A stretch of 64,000 bases of DNA from Phyllobates terribilis (Eukaryota), in NCBI RefSeq assembly GCF_046119375.1, contig NW_027362768.1:157914001-157978000 (forward strand). The letters run 5' to 3'. Of this stretch, positions 50,701 through 62,700 are shown one piece after another. Within the stretch, counting starts at the first letter, position 1, and every line of letters starts with the position of its first letter. Below the pieces are notes generated by a model. The model saw only the letters and a program-made list of their open reading frames with translations, was not told the DNA's origin and ran no database searches. A program made the translations under genes and the position numbers.

Positions 50701-53700
50701 GTGGCCAGCCAGTTTAGACGAGTGACCCCAGTGAAGGATCTTCTCCCGATCAGGTACTGATACGAACGTCTTTCCGGGAGGGAGACGATTTAGACTCACG
50801 GGAGCCACCTGCATTACTCTGGCGGGATCGATGATGTGTTTCGGATCTTCCTCGAGATCAGACACCAGAAAGGATCGAGACAAGGCGTCCGCCTTGACGT
50901 TTTTGTCAGCCGGGCGAAAATGAAGAACAAAATCAAAGCGAGCAAAAAACAAGGACCACCGGGCTTGGCGCGGGTTAAGTCTCTGGGCATGCTGGAGGTA
51001 AGCCAAGTTCTTGTGGTCAGTGTAAATTATTACCGGGTGAAGAGCCCCCTCGAGCAGGTAACGCCACTCCTCCAATGCCAGTTTGATGGCCAATAACTCT
51101 CGGTCTCCTATGGAATAATTGCGCTCTGAGGAGGAGAAGAGTTTCGAGAAGAAGCCGCAAGTTACCATCCTCCCGGAAGATGATTTTTGAGTAAGTACCG
51201 CTCCGGCTCCAGAGGAGGAGGCGTCAACTTCCAGGAAGAACTGCTTGTTGCCGTCCGGGCGATACAGCACCGGGGCGGAAGAGAAGGCCTGTTTTAAGGA
51301 AAGAAAGGCCTCTTCTGCTTCGGGCGGCCACTCTTTGGGATTAGTACCCTTACGGGTGAGCGCGGAAATTGGGGCAGTCCGGGAAGAGAAGTGTGGTATG
51401 AAGAGGCGGTAGTAGTTGGCGAAGCCCAGGAACCGCTGAATGGCCTTCAACCCCTGCGGTCGAGGCCATTTCTCGATGGCAGACAGTTTCTCTGGATCCA
51501 TTCGTAGGCCGGTCTGAGAAATAATGTAGCCCAAAAACGGAAGCGAGGTCTGCTCAAAGAGGCACTTCTCGTATTTAGCGAAGAGGTGATTCTGCCTGAG
51601 CCTGAGCAGGACCTGACGAACGTCCCTCCGGTGAGTCTGGAGATCCGGAGAGAAGACCAAGATGTCGTCCAGGTACACCACTACGCAGGAGTAGAGAAGG
51701 TCCCGGAAGATGTCATTGACCAACTCTTGAAAGACGGCAGGAGCGTTACAGAGACCAAAGGGCATTACCAGATATTCATAGTGGCCGTCCCGGGTGTTGA
51801 ATGCCGTCTTCCATTCATCCCCCTGACGGATACGAACCAGGTTGTACGCCCCACGGAGGTCCAGTTTGGTGAAGATTCTAGCCCCCCTCAGACGATCAAA
51901 TAACTCCGGAATGAGCGGAAGGGGGTACTTATTCTTCACCGTGATCTGGTTAAGGCCTCTATAGTCTATACAGGGACGGAGAGAGCCGTCCTTCTTTTTG
52001 ACGAAAAAGAAGCCTGCTCCCGCCAGGGAGGTAGATTTCCGGATGAATCCCCTGGCCAGATTCTCCTCAATATATTCGGACATCGACCGGGTCTCAGCAG
52101 CGGATAATGGATAAATACGCCCACGGGGAGGAGTAGTACCGGGTAACAGGTCGATAGGGCAGTCGTATGGTCTATGAGGGGGTAGTGTCTCTGCCTCCTT
52201 TTTATTAAAGACATCAGCATAAGACCAATAAGGAATCGGAAGTCCAGGTAGATTAGCTGGGGTAGGAGAAGGACGGACGGGATGGACGGGAACCAGACAG
52301 GTCTTATGGCAGTCCTGTCCCCAGCGAAGGACTTCTCCGGTCTGCCAGTCAAGCACGGGTGCATGTCTCTGGAGCCAAGGTAGACCTAGCAAGAGGGCGT
52401 GAGAGAGTCCAGGCAGAACATGAAAGGAGATACTCTCAGAATGCAGCATTCCCACCTGCAGAGTAATGGATTCGGTGATGAGTTGGATGGGGCGTGGTAA
52501 GAGACCCCCATCCACGGCAGCAACAGACAAGGGTACAGCCAGAGGTTTGGTGGGGATGCGGTATTTCTCTACCAGGGACTGTGAAATAAGATTCCCGGCT
52601 GCTCCAGAGTCAAGTTGGGCTAGTTCGAAATAACGGTTCTCCCCGCAGACGATTGAGACTGACAGCAGCAGAGATGGAGAGGATTTATTCTTGTCTAGGT
52701 CGACCTCTCTGAGCGAACCTAGACACAGGTGTTTCCCGACCTCTCCGGGCAGGCACGGATCCGGTGCTCCTTACTGCCACAGTAGAAGCAGCTCCCCTCG
52801 GCACGGCGTAAGTCCTGACGGGTTTTGACCATCTTGGTCTGGTCGACCTGCATAGGCTCAGGAGAGTGTACCTGGGGAGAGACGGAGGGAGTGACGGGTT
52901 TCTGAAAAGTAGGAGTTAGACGTGGAAACCTCCTCTCACGGGTGACCTCTTTGGCACGCTCCTGGAACCGTAGGTCAATCCGGGTGGCAAGAGTTATTAG
53001 GTCATCGAGAGTGGTAGGAATGTCCCGACCGGCAAGTTCATCTTTAATACGGCCGGACAGACCCTCCCAGAAGACGGATACCAGAGCGTCGTTATCCCAG
53101 GCCAGCTCCGAGGCAAGGGTACGGAACCGTATGGCATATTGGCCCACGGTGAGACTTCCCTGACGGAGGCGTAGCAGTGATGATGCGGATGAGGTCTTCC
53201 GTCCGGGTTCGTCGAAGACTTTCCGGAAAGCCGTGAGAAAGGCAGGCAAGTCGGACACCAGGGGTCTCCTCTCTCCCATAGAGGATTTAGCCAGGCCAGG
53301 GCCTCCCCGGTGAGATGGGACATGATGTAGGCAATTTTGGCCCGGTCGGAGTTAAACTGGTGGGACAGGAGTTCAAAGTGCAGGGTGCACTGATTTATGA
53401 AGCCCCGAGCCTGGGCGGAGTCGCCTCCGAAGCGAGGAGGTGCAGAAAGCCGGGGTCCGGGGTAGGATACCATGGTATTAGTGGGCAGCGGAGCTGCCGG
53501 ATTGCGAGTCATGGCACTGGCGGAGGTTGCTGGCGGAGCAGTCAGAGTGTCCAGGCGAGAATTGACATTCCGCAGGTGACCCAGGATGGACTCCTGTTGG
53601 GACCTCTGACGGGACAGTTCATGACACAGGTCCGAGAGAGAGGGAGCTTGGGTGCCACCGGGTTCCATGGCCCGAGCAAACTGTAACGGGTCTGGGAGGC

Positions 53701-56700
53701 GGAACCTCTGAGCTACTATACAAGGGGGCGGTCCTTGTAAGGGAGCGGGTGGCGACCAGGCAGGCAGTCACAGCAGGTGACCGGGACAGTCTCTGGAAGA
53801 ACGGGCAGGAGATCACGGCAAGTGACCGGGGCAGTCTCTGGATGAACGGGCAGATGGTCACGGCAAATGACCGGGGCAGTCTCTGGGTAAAGGGTTGGTA
53901 CGACCTGTGGCGGCTGATGGTAGACGTGAGCTCCCAGGTGAGCAGGCGAGAGTCTCTGGATAAACGGGTGGTCACAGCATGTGACGGCGGAGCCTCCAGG
54001 AAGACCAACAGACAGGCGGCAGATGAGCGCTCCCAGGTGAGCGGGCAGAAGTCTCTGGACAGGCGGGTGGTCACAGCACGTGACGGCAGAGCCTCCAGGT
54101 AGGCTAGCAGACAGGCAGCAGATGAGCGCTCCCAGGTGAGCGGGCAGGAGTCACTGGACAGGCAGGTGGTCACAGCACGTGACGGCGGAGCCTCCAGGTA
54201 GGCTAGCAGGCAGGTAGCAGATGTGCGCTCCCAGGTGAGCGGGCAAGCTGGTCCATAGACAGACTGACAGGAGTTGGAAGGCAGACCGTCGGACCTCAGG
54301 CAAGCAGGCAGGTAGCTGATGTGCGCTCCCAGGTGAGCGGACAAGCTGGTCCTTAGACAGACTGACAGGAGTTGTAAGGCAGACCGTCGGACCTCAGGCT
54401 AGCAGAATATCAGGCAGGAATAAGACAGCAAGCTGGCAGGAATCTGGCAGGTATCTGGCAGGTAACTGGCAACGGGACCTGAGGGCTGAAGCAGAGTAGT
54501 GAACAGTGCAACAACATTGCTCGGGCACCTCCATTTTGGAGGAGGTGCCTTATATATGGTGAAGTCCTCCGGCCATTGGCCGGGGACTCCTTAGGACGGC
54601 GCGCGCGGCCCCTTTAAGAGGGAGGGAGAGCGCGCGCGCGCGCCCTAAGCACAGTGGCCGGGAAGGAGCGCGCGCTGCCAGCAGAGCGGGAGGAGGACGC
54701 CGGGCACGGAGCAGAGAGGTGAGGGGAACAGCGTCCCTGCCTAGCAGAGGGCAGGGACGCCGGCGCTACAGGTGGGAAGCAATGGACGAATATTGTGTAG
54801 AGAGGCCCCTAGAACTGGAGCACCGCCGCCTGCAGAACACGTCTACCCAGGCTAGCGTCTGCTGAGGACTGGGTATGAACCCTGTAGTGTTTGGTAAACG
54901 TGTGTAGACTTGTCCAGGTGGCTGCCTTACACACTTGTTGTGCCGAAGCCTGGTGCCGAATGGCCCAGGAGGCCCCTACCGCACGTGTAGAGTGTGCCGT
55001 AATACCTGCTGGAAGAGGAGAATTTTTGAGGCGGTAGTCCTCTTGTATGGTGGATTTGATCCACCTGGCAAGGGTAGCTTTGGAAGCTGGCAGACCCTTG
55101 CGGCCGCCTTCCAGTAGAAGGAAAAGAGAATTAGACTTCCGGAAGGGCGCAGTCCTAGACACATAGATACGTAATGCCCTGACAAGGTCAAGCGTATGCA
55201 GAGCCTTCTCCATTCTATGAACCGGGACCGGACAGAGGGATGGTAGTGAAATTTCCTCATTGAGGTGGAAGTTGGACACAACCTTCAGAAGAAAGGATGG
55301 GACTGTACGGAGAACTACCTTGTCCTGGTAAAAAAACAGGAAGGGCTGCCTGCAGGAGAGTGCTGTGAGTTCAGACAGCCTGCGTAGCGAGGTTATTGCC
55401 ACCAGGAAAACCACTTTCTGGGATAGAAGGTGGAGTGGGACTTCACTAAGGGGTTCAAAGATGTTTCCTGCAATGTTGTCAGTACCAGGTTGAGGTCCCA
55501 CGTTTTTAGCGGTCGTCTGTAGTGGGGAACCAATCGGGAAACCCCCTGAAGAAATGTCCTTACTTGCGGCTTGTTAGGAATGCACTTCTGAAAAAGCACT
55601 GAGACAGCTGACACCTGGCTCTTAAGGGAGGCCAGGGACAGTCTGGCCTCCAGACCCGATTGGAAAAACTCAAGTACCCTGGGGAGGCAATAAGGGAATG
55701 GGGTCTGGCCACGAGATTCGCACCAGGTAAAGAAGGCTTTCCAGGTACGGTAATAAATCTTAGCAGAGGTTGGCTTCCGTGCCCTGATCATGGTTGCAAT
55801 GACGTCCGGTGAGAACCCTGACTGGGTTAGAACCTAGGTCTCAATGGCCACACCGTCACAGAAGATCCGGGCGGTCGGGGAGACGTCAGGGGATGTCTGC
55901 TGTGAGCTGAACAATGTCAGCGTACCATGTATGTCTGGGCCAGTCCGGTGCGATTAGGTGGTTGGAACTCCCTCTTGCTTGATCTTCCTCACCACTCTGG
56001 ATATCAGGGGGAGAGGTGGAAAAAATGTACAGGAGCTGGAACTGGGTCCATTCCTGAACCAGGACGTCCGCTCCTAGCGCCCTCGGGTCGTGTGTTATGG
56101 CCATGAAGTTGGAGACCTTGGCATTGAAGTGGGATGCCATTAGGTCCACGTCCGGAGTCCCCTAGCGATGGCAGATCTGGCGAAAAACTTCGGGATGGAG
56201 AGACCGCTCTCCTGAGTCCATTGCTTGCTGGCTGAGGAAGTCAGCTTCCTAGTTGTCCACACCCGGAATGTGGACCGCAGAGAGAACCGAACCTGTGTCT
56301 TCTGCCCAGTTGAGAATGTGTGTCACTTCTCGCATCGCCTGGGCACTGCGGGTCCCCCCATGGTGATTCACATATGGTGGCATTGTCTGACTGTACTCTG
56401 ATGTGAGAGGCTGCCAGTAAGTGATGGAAGGCTCTCAACGCCAGGAGGATGGCACGAAATTCCAAGATGTTGATGGGCATGGTCGCTTCCTGGGGACCAC
56501 TTGCCCTGTGCTCCGTGGTGTAAGTGCACCGCACCCCAACCAGTCAGGCTCGCGTCGGTGGTCAGAACCTTCCATTGACCCGTGAGAAAGGATTTCCCCT
56601 TTGTTAGTGACGCTGGCTTGAGGCACCAGTGCAGGGTCCTCCTGGTTGACGACGTCAGCTGGAACTCCCTGTCGAGAGACAAAGGGGTTCCTGTCCCATG

Positions 56701-59700
56701 ACTTGAGGATGGCTAGTTGGAGAGGCCTGAGGTGAAGCTGGGCAAATGGGACCGCTTCTCTTGCCGCCATCATCCTGTCGAGGACTCTCATGGCAGACCG
56801 GAGAGATCGAGGGGATTTGTTGGTTGAATAGCATTCCCAGGAAGGTCAGAGACTGACTCGGGGTTGGTGATGACTTTTGTAGGTTGACTAACCAGCCCAG
56901 GCGACTCAGAGAGTCGGTTGTGATTGAGACGCTGAGGTCGCAGTCCTTGAAAGTAGGAGCCTTGATAAAGAGATCGTCCAGGTATGGAACGACTACTATG
57001 CTTCTGGAGTGCAGGACGTCCATGGTGGCTGCCATGGCTTTGGTAAACCCTCTGGGAGCTGTGGCGAGTCCGAACGGGAGAACCACTAACTGGTAGTGGT
57101 CCTGGTCAATTGCGAACCTGAGAAATCTCTGATGGGCGGGAGCAATTGGTATATGCAGGTATGCGTCTTGTATGTCTATGGAGGCGAGAAATTCTCCCTT
57201 CTCCATGGACGCAATGATGGGTTTTAGGTCCAGTATGGGCCGTACGCCGCCTCCTTTCTTAGGGACTACGAATAGATTGGAGCAGAACCCTTGGATTGGA
57301 AGTGAACTCCATCTTGTATCCCGAAGACACTAGTTCCCTGACCCACCTGTCTTCTGTAACAGGCAGCCAGACTTGATGAAAGAGAAAAAGTCGGCCGCCC
57401 TGAGATTTTTCTCCTTTGGACTTTGACTGGCATGCTTTTGACTGCCAGGTCTTGTCCGACTTTTGCGTCAACCGCGAGTTGTCCTTGCGTGGGGTGCGGT
57501 TGCTATTATGTGCTGGACGCGAGACGGACCACCCCGAAGAGTTCTGAAAGGATCGGAATCGAGTTTGGTTACGCTTCCTGTAAGTGCGTTTGGGTTTCAG
57601 TTGGGGGAGAGAGGTACTCATACCCCTGGTGGCGTTGAATATCATCATGTCCAACTGTTCGCCAAAAAGTCGACCACTGAGGTGCGTGAGGGACTTCCTT
57701 GAGGCTGCGTCTGCTTTCCATTCCCGCAGCCAGAGGATACGCCAAATCGTGATGGCGTTTGATGCTATCCCTGCTGCACCCCTTGCTGAATCCAGAGTTG
57801 CATGAAGCATATAATTTGCTACAACTGCTATTTGAACCGTTTGGTCCGACAGCTCAGGAGCAAATGCTTGGAGGCCAGCTTGTAAATTTTTGGGGCCAAG
57901 CCAGGAGACCTTGGCAGCCCCAAACTGAAGCGAACGCGGGAGCCAGGGAGGCCCCTGCGGCCTTGAAAATTGAACGAGCCTTGCGTTCCATCTGCCGGTC
58001 TGCTTCATCCCTGAGGGTTGAGCTATCTGGCAGTGAAAGGGGTGACTGTGGTGCTAGCCTAGAGACTGGGGGATCCACTTTGGGTGGATCTGTCCATTCC
58101 TTGGTGACCTCCTGTGGGAAGGGGTACCGCGCCTCCAGATATTTGCGATTTAATGATTGATTTAAACTGTGGGTGGTCAAAGAGATCTTAGGCGGCTTCA
58201 GAGCTCCTTCGAAGGAAATGTTGGATGGATGGGCGAGATTACGTCCTCAACTAGCGCTGTATTGCTAGGGGGGATTGAGATCAGCGACCCTTCAGTTTCC
58301 TTGTCAGAGTCGGAATCACAGATGTCTTCCGAATCCTGTGTATCGCTAAGGTGTCTCCTGCTGGATGAACCGGGGCGGAGGCTTTCTCTGGTCGGGGATC
58401 GCTGCAGAGATCTGCATTGTCTGTCCCTGGTAGGGGACGGTCTAAATGACCTGGAATTACGGTGTCTCTCTCTAGAAGGGGATGACCGTGTGTTATGGGA
58501 TGACGCAGATGAACATGACCTGTGGGTCCGCTAGCGTCCTGACCTAGACGTGGATGTGCCCGGGTCGCATGTCCCTGAGTCGAGCTCTCCCTTTGCTGGG
58601 TAGCCCCCTTTGCTAGGTAGCGTTCATAGCCGAGGCATGACACTCCAGAGCCTGAAGCAATGTGGGGGTTGGGCTATCTATAGACTGCGTCATAGATTGC
58701 GACATCTGAGTCACCCATTCCTGCGTGGCATTAGACCCGAAGCATTAGCAGGGGCTTCTTGGGGCTCTGGCACAGTAGTCTGGATGCAATCCTGGTAGTG
58801 CGGGTACGTGCTACCACTGGGGAGAGTATTACTGCAGGCTGTACAGAGTGCATAATAGCAGTCCTGCCTGGTTCTCTTGGACCTTGAGTCCGGCATAGTG
58901 CACAGGGGTAGGGCCCTACTATGTAGAGGAGCGTATAAGAAATAATGGATTCACAGCCGAGGAGGAACTCCAGCTGTGATCTTACCCCACCAGTGTGCCC
59001 CTAGGTCCAGCGCCGAAGATCCACAGTCCTGTGCCTCCCCGGAGACTGGCAGGCCTGGTCTGTATCTGCCGACCGGTAGCTGCAGGGTTAATTCTTTATC
59101 CTGCAGCAGATAATGGCCGCCGGAGTAAATTTTAAGGAAGAAGGGCAGCAGTTGCTGTGTGAAATCGTGCCCTTTCAGTCTGGATCCGCCCCCTCTATGA
59201 CACTGTAGAGTGTCATATTTGTCATCCGGGGGGCGGAGAGGAGGTGGCGGCTTCGGCCTAGTCGAAGCCGCGGTCTAAATTAGATGCCTGATGCCCAAAG
59301 GGGCTCCAGGCCGGCGCGGAAGTCGGGGAGGGGGCCGGATCTGAACCGGACCCCCCCCCGGATTTAAAGGCAGGATAGCGGTGGGGGTATAAGCGGAAGG
59401 GGGGCCCTGAGAAGAGTCCCCCTGAGGCACCATAGAGCTGGTGCTGCCGCAGAGACAGGGCAGGGAGGCCTGTGCCTGTGTTGTGCCATGCCTGCCTGCA
59501 CTCCCCCCGACCCCGACAAGAGCCTGCAGCAGGGCTGGGGTCCCTGAATTCAGCTGCAGTGTGCTGGCTACTGGGAGCTGCAGAGTGCTGCCTGTACAGG
59601 CCCTACCTGAGGCGTCTAAACCTAATGCCCCCAGAGGGGGATTAGGGAGGGTGCTGCTGTCACCATCAGGGGGCTTTATCCTCGCCTCGCCTTGACCTCA

Positions 59701-62700
59701 ACCCAGAAACCAAAAGGAATTGGGGAAGGAGGGGGGTCTCGACTTCGAACCAGCACCCGAGGGGATGGGGAAGGAGCGACATGGGGAATAGCCATCTCGA
59801 CTTCAACTGTGCACCCCGTAATAGGGGGCAGAGGAAGGAGCCATGTCGGGAGTCTTGCAGGAGACCCATTTTTCTTCATCTGTAATCCTGTCTGGAGAAA
59901 ACGAAGTAAAAGTTTTAGGTGTGCCTCCTATGCGACACTAAGCAAAAACTGGAGAAGGCTGACGCCGTCCAGGGGTGTATACTGCAGAGGAGGAGCCACG
60001 GTTAATCTTTTTCAGATTATGCATAGTGTCGCCTCCTAGTGGACAGCAGCATAACACCCATGGTCCTGTGTCCCCCAATGAGGCGACAGAGTAATGCTAT
60101 TTTTTTTTGCATCCAGCATAAGTGATAGCGACCAGACATGATGGAGAAAGTGCCGGAGCCGCTCTAATATGACAATAATCCTGGCCGGGGATTATCCGCA
60201 GATCCTTCTTCCGGTCATCTCTGGATCGGCTTTTCTTCTTTCTTCATAATCTAATACAAGCACCAAAATGACAGCTGTAGCATCAGATATTGTTATTTAG
60301 AGAAGCATTGGTACAAGCATTGGCTCTAAATGCACCCGCTAGGCCAACTGCAAACCTATCACTATGCAAAAGCCATAACTTAAGGCCACGGCCCCACTAT
60401 CAGTTTTCGGTCAGTATTCGTTCAGTATTTTTTCTCAGGAGAGGGAGTTAAAACCAGGAGAGGAACAATCAGAGAAAAGGTATAATAGAAACAAGTCATC
60501 AATTCTGCACTTATCACCCACTCCTGGTTTTGGCTCCGACTCCTGAGAAAAAATACTGACCGAATACTGACCAAATACTGATAGAGGGGCCGTGGCCTAA
60601 GAGGAGTTTTCTGCTATCAGTAAACCTCTGGATGCAATTTGTTTTAAAATATCAAACTGATCTTTTCTCACCCTCCCCGGGTCCAGCGCTGATATCATCT
60701 AGCCACCACTGCAGGTAATCACCCTCTGAGAGGCTTATGCCATCAACTCAGGAAGAGCCGCTGAGCTCAGTGATTGGCTGCAGCGCTGGTAATATGCAAA
60801 GATTCAGTGCTGGACCTGGTGAGCTGGAAAAAAAACTTTAAAATTGTTCTTGTTTCTGCCCATTTATCCCGCTGTGCTTGGCATACGACTGATGATTTCT
60901 CATACAATCTTCTCTGGCTTACTGCTGTTTTGTTAAACAGTCTGTGTCGCACAGGGAGGCAGTGTATTGTATAGCACTTACAGAATAACCTGTAGTCACA
61001 CTGAAATGGCGGTGGCCGGGACAGGAAGGCGAGCGTCTGCCAGCGAGAAGCAGAGAAATACTAAGGGATTAGGATGGAGTTACTGTAGCCATAAAGGTGC
61101 CCAGGTATCTGCAGAGCAGCTGACAGCCATTTCTTCGAGAACCCATACACCTGTGCTTCGGGGGGGAGTCGGGGGTCTCCATACAGGTTCGGATGACTTT
61201 CTCTAATGAATATGGAGGCCCATGGGCCCATAATGTGACCAAATAGCTGTTAGTTAAGTTGGATCTTGTATCCTGATGGATCTGCACCTTGAGTAGTGGC
61301 CTCCAGATTAGATCGAGGTGTTTGAAGATATCCGGCACCCCGAGAGGAGCCGAGTGCTGGTTCTCCTCTTGTTTTCTGCTTGTCGGCGTCTGTAGATGAG
61401 TCTTGTGTGAGCGAATGTCCCAGAACATCACAGAACTGTAGAGGAGAAATGAGATTGTGTCAAAGGAAATCCAACCAACTATTCATATGAGACAAGAAAT
61501 CAATAGCAATCTCCAGAATATGTGCGTCATGATGATTTGTCGCTAAGATTCTGCAATCTGCCCGGGAAATAACATCCGACAGAACGTGAGTGAATGAACG
61601 CTGGAGTGGACTTGGCGTTTTATGTCTGTGGTGTCTGAGCTCCTACTTATGCAGAAGCTGGTGGTCACCTCTGCGTGCTGAGAGATTATTGGGGGTCTCA
61701 GGACATTTAAAAAAAAAAAAAAATGTAGGTAGACTTTAGGATGACCATATACATGAGATGAATCTTGGCCAAACCAATGTGTCTTTGAAAACTTTGGATC
61801 ACATTATGATGTCTAGCTTTTGAGGATCTTTTGGTCTACTTCACTTTGTCAGGCAGGTCCTCGTTAAGTGATTTCTTGATTGAGAACAGGTGTGGCAGTG
61901 ATCAGGCCTGTGTGTGGCTAGGGAAATTGAACTCAGCTTCCCAAAGATGTGATATACCACAATTAATTTATGTTTTAAGGGGGGGGGGGCAATCACTTTT
62001 TCACACAGGACCCTGTAGGTTTGGATTTCTTTTTCCCTTAATAATAATGACCTTCATTCAAAAACTGCATTTTGTGTTTACTTGTGTTATCTTTGTCTAA
62101 TATTTAAATTTGTTTTGTGCTCTGAAACATTTAAGTGTGAGAAACATGCAAAATAATAAGAAATCAGGAAGGGGGCAAACACTTTCACACCAATGTATAT
62201 TATGCTTCCTACAATCAGACGTCTCACTATAAGGCAAAATTCAGACGTCCATATATCATGTTCCAAGTAAGGACCACGATGCACGGAGCGCCTGCAGGGG
62301 TGGACTTTTAATAAAGAATTTTATTCGGGCTGTTTGTTTATTTACAATATTGACTATGGGGTTAGTATTGGGGGCGTCTTATAGACACCCTCCATTACTA
62401 ACCTGGACTTCATGTCAGCTGCCAATACAAGGCTGACATGAACCCCGACACTATTACCCCACTGCCACTGCACCAGGGCAAGTGGGAAGAGCAGAGGCTA
62501 AGCGCCAGAGTTGGCGCATCTTATTGATGCGCTATTCCTGGGGCCACTGAGGGCTGATCTCATTAGCCTTGGAAGGGGCCAGTATCCATGGCCCCTTACC
62601 TGGCTAGTAACATCAGCCCCCCACGGTCAGCTTTCCCTCTGCTGGTTATGAAACTGATGCGGGAGCCCACACCATTATTTTTAATTTTATTCTTCATTTT

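Larger units (their letters stand above)
48424..54770 (-). mobile_element. Ty3/gypsy chromovirus (Tf1/sushi-type) LTR retrotransposon nested in the DIRS element
   Basis: LTRs 48424-49467 and 53682-54770 (TG...CA); 5-bp TSD GGTGG at 48419-48423 and 54771-54775; polypurine tract at 49468-49500 next to the left (3') LTR; gag and pol between the LTRs. Confidence 0.98.
47979..60094 (-). mobile_element. DIRS1-like tyrosine-recombinase retrotransposon (degenerate), interrupted by an LTR element
   Basis: ITRs at 48029-48164 and 59945-60079; ICR near 48299-48397; gag-like, RT/RNase H, methyltransferase-like and YR remnants; no TSD. Empty site gagggggaaa|tgcta at ~21882-21897. Confidence 0.96.

Noticed and set aside
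53670-53681. tRNA primer-binding site
   Set aside because: It lacks the TGG complementary to tRNA CCA; complementarity to the LTR explains it better.
41147-59695. Many + strand ORFs antisense to LINE, chromovirus and DIRS coding regions
   Set aside because: Shadow ORFs of the real - strand frames with no motifs of their own.
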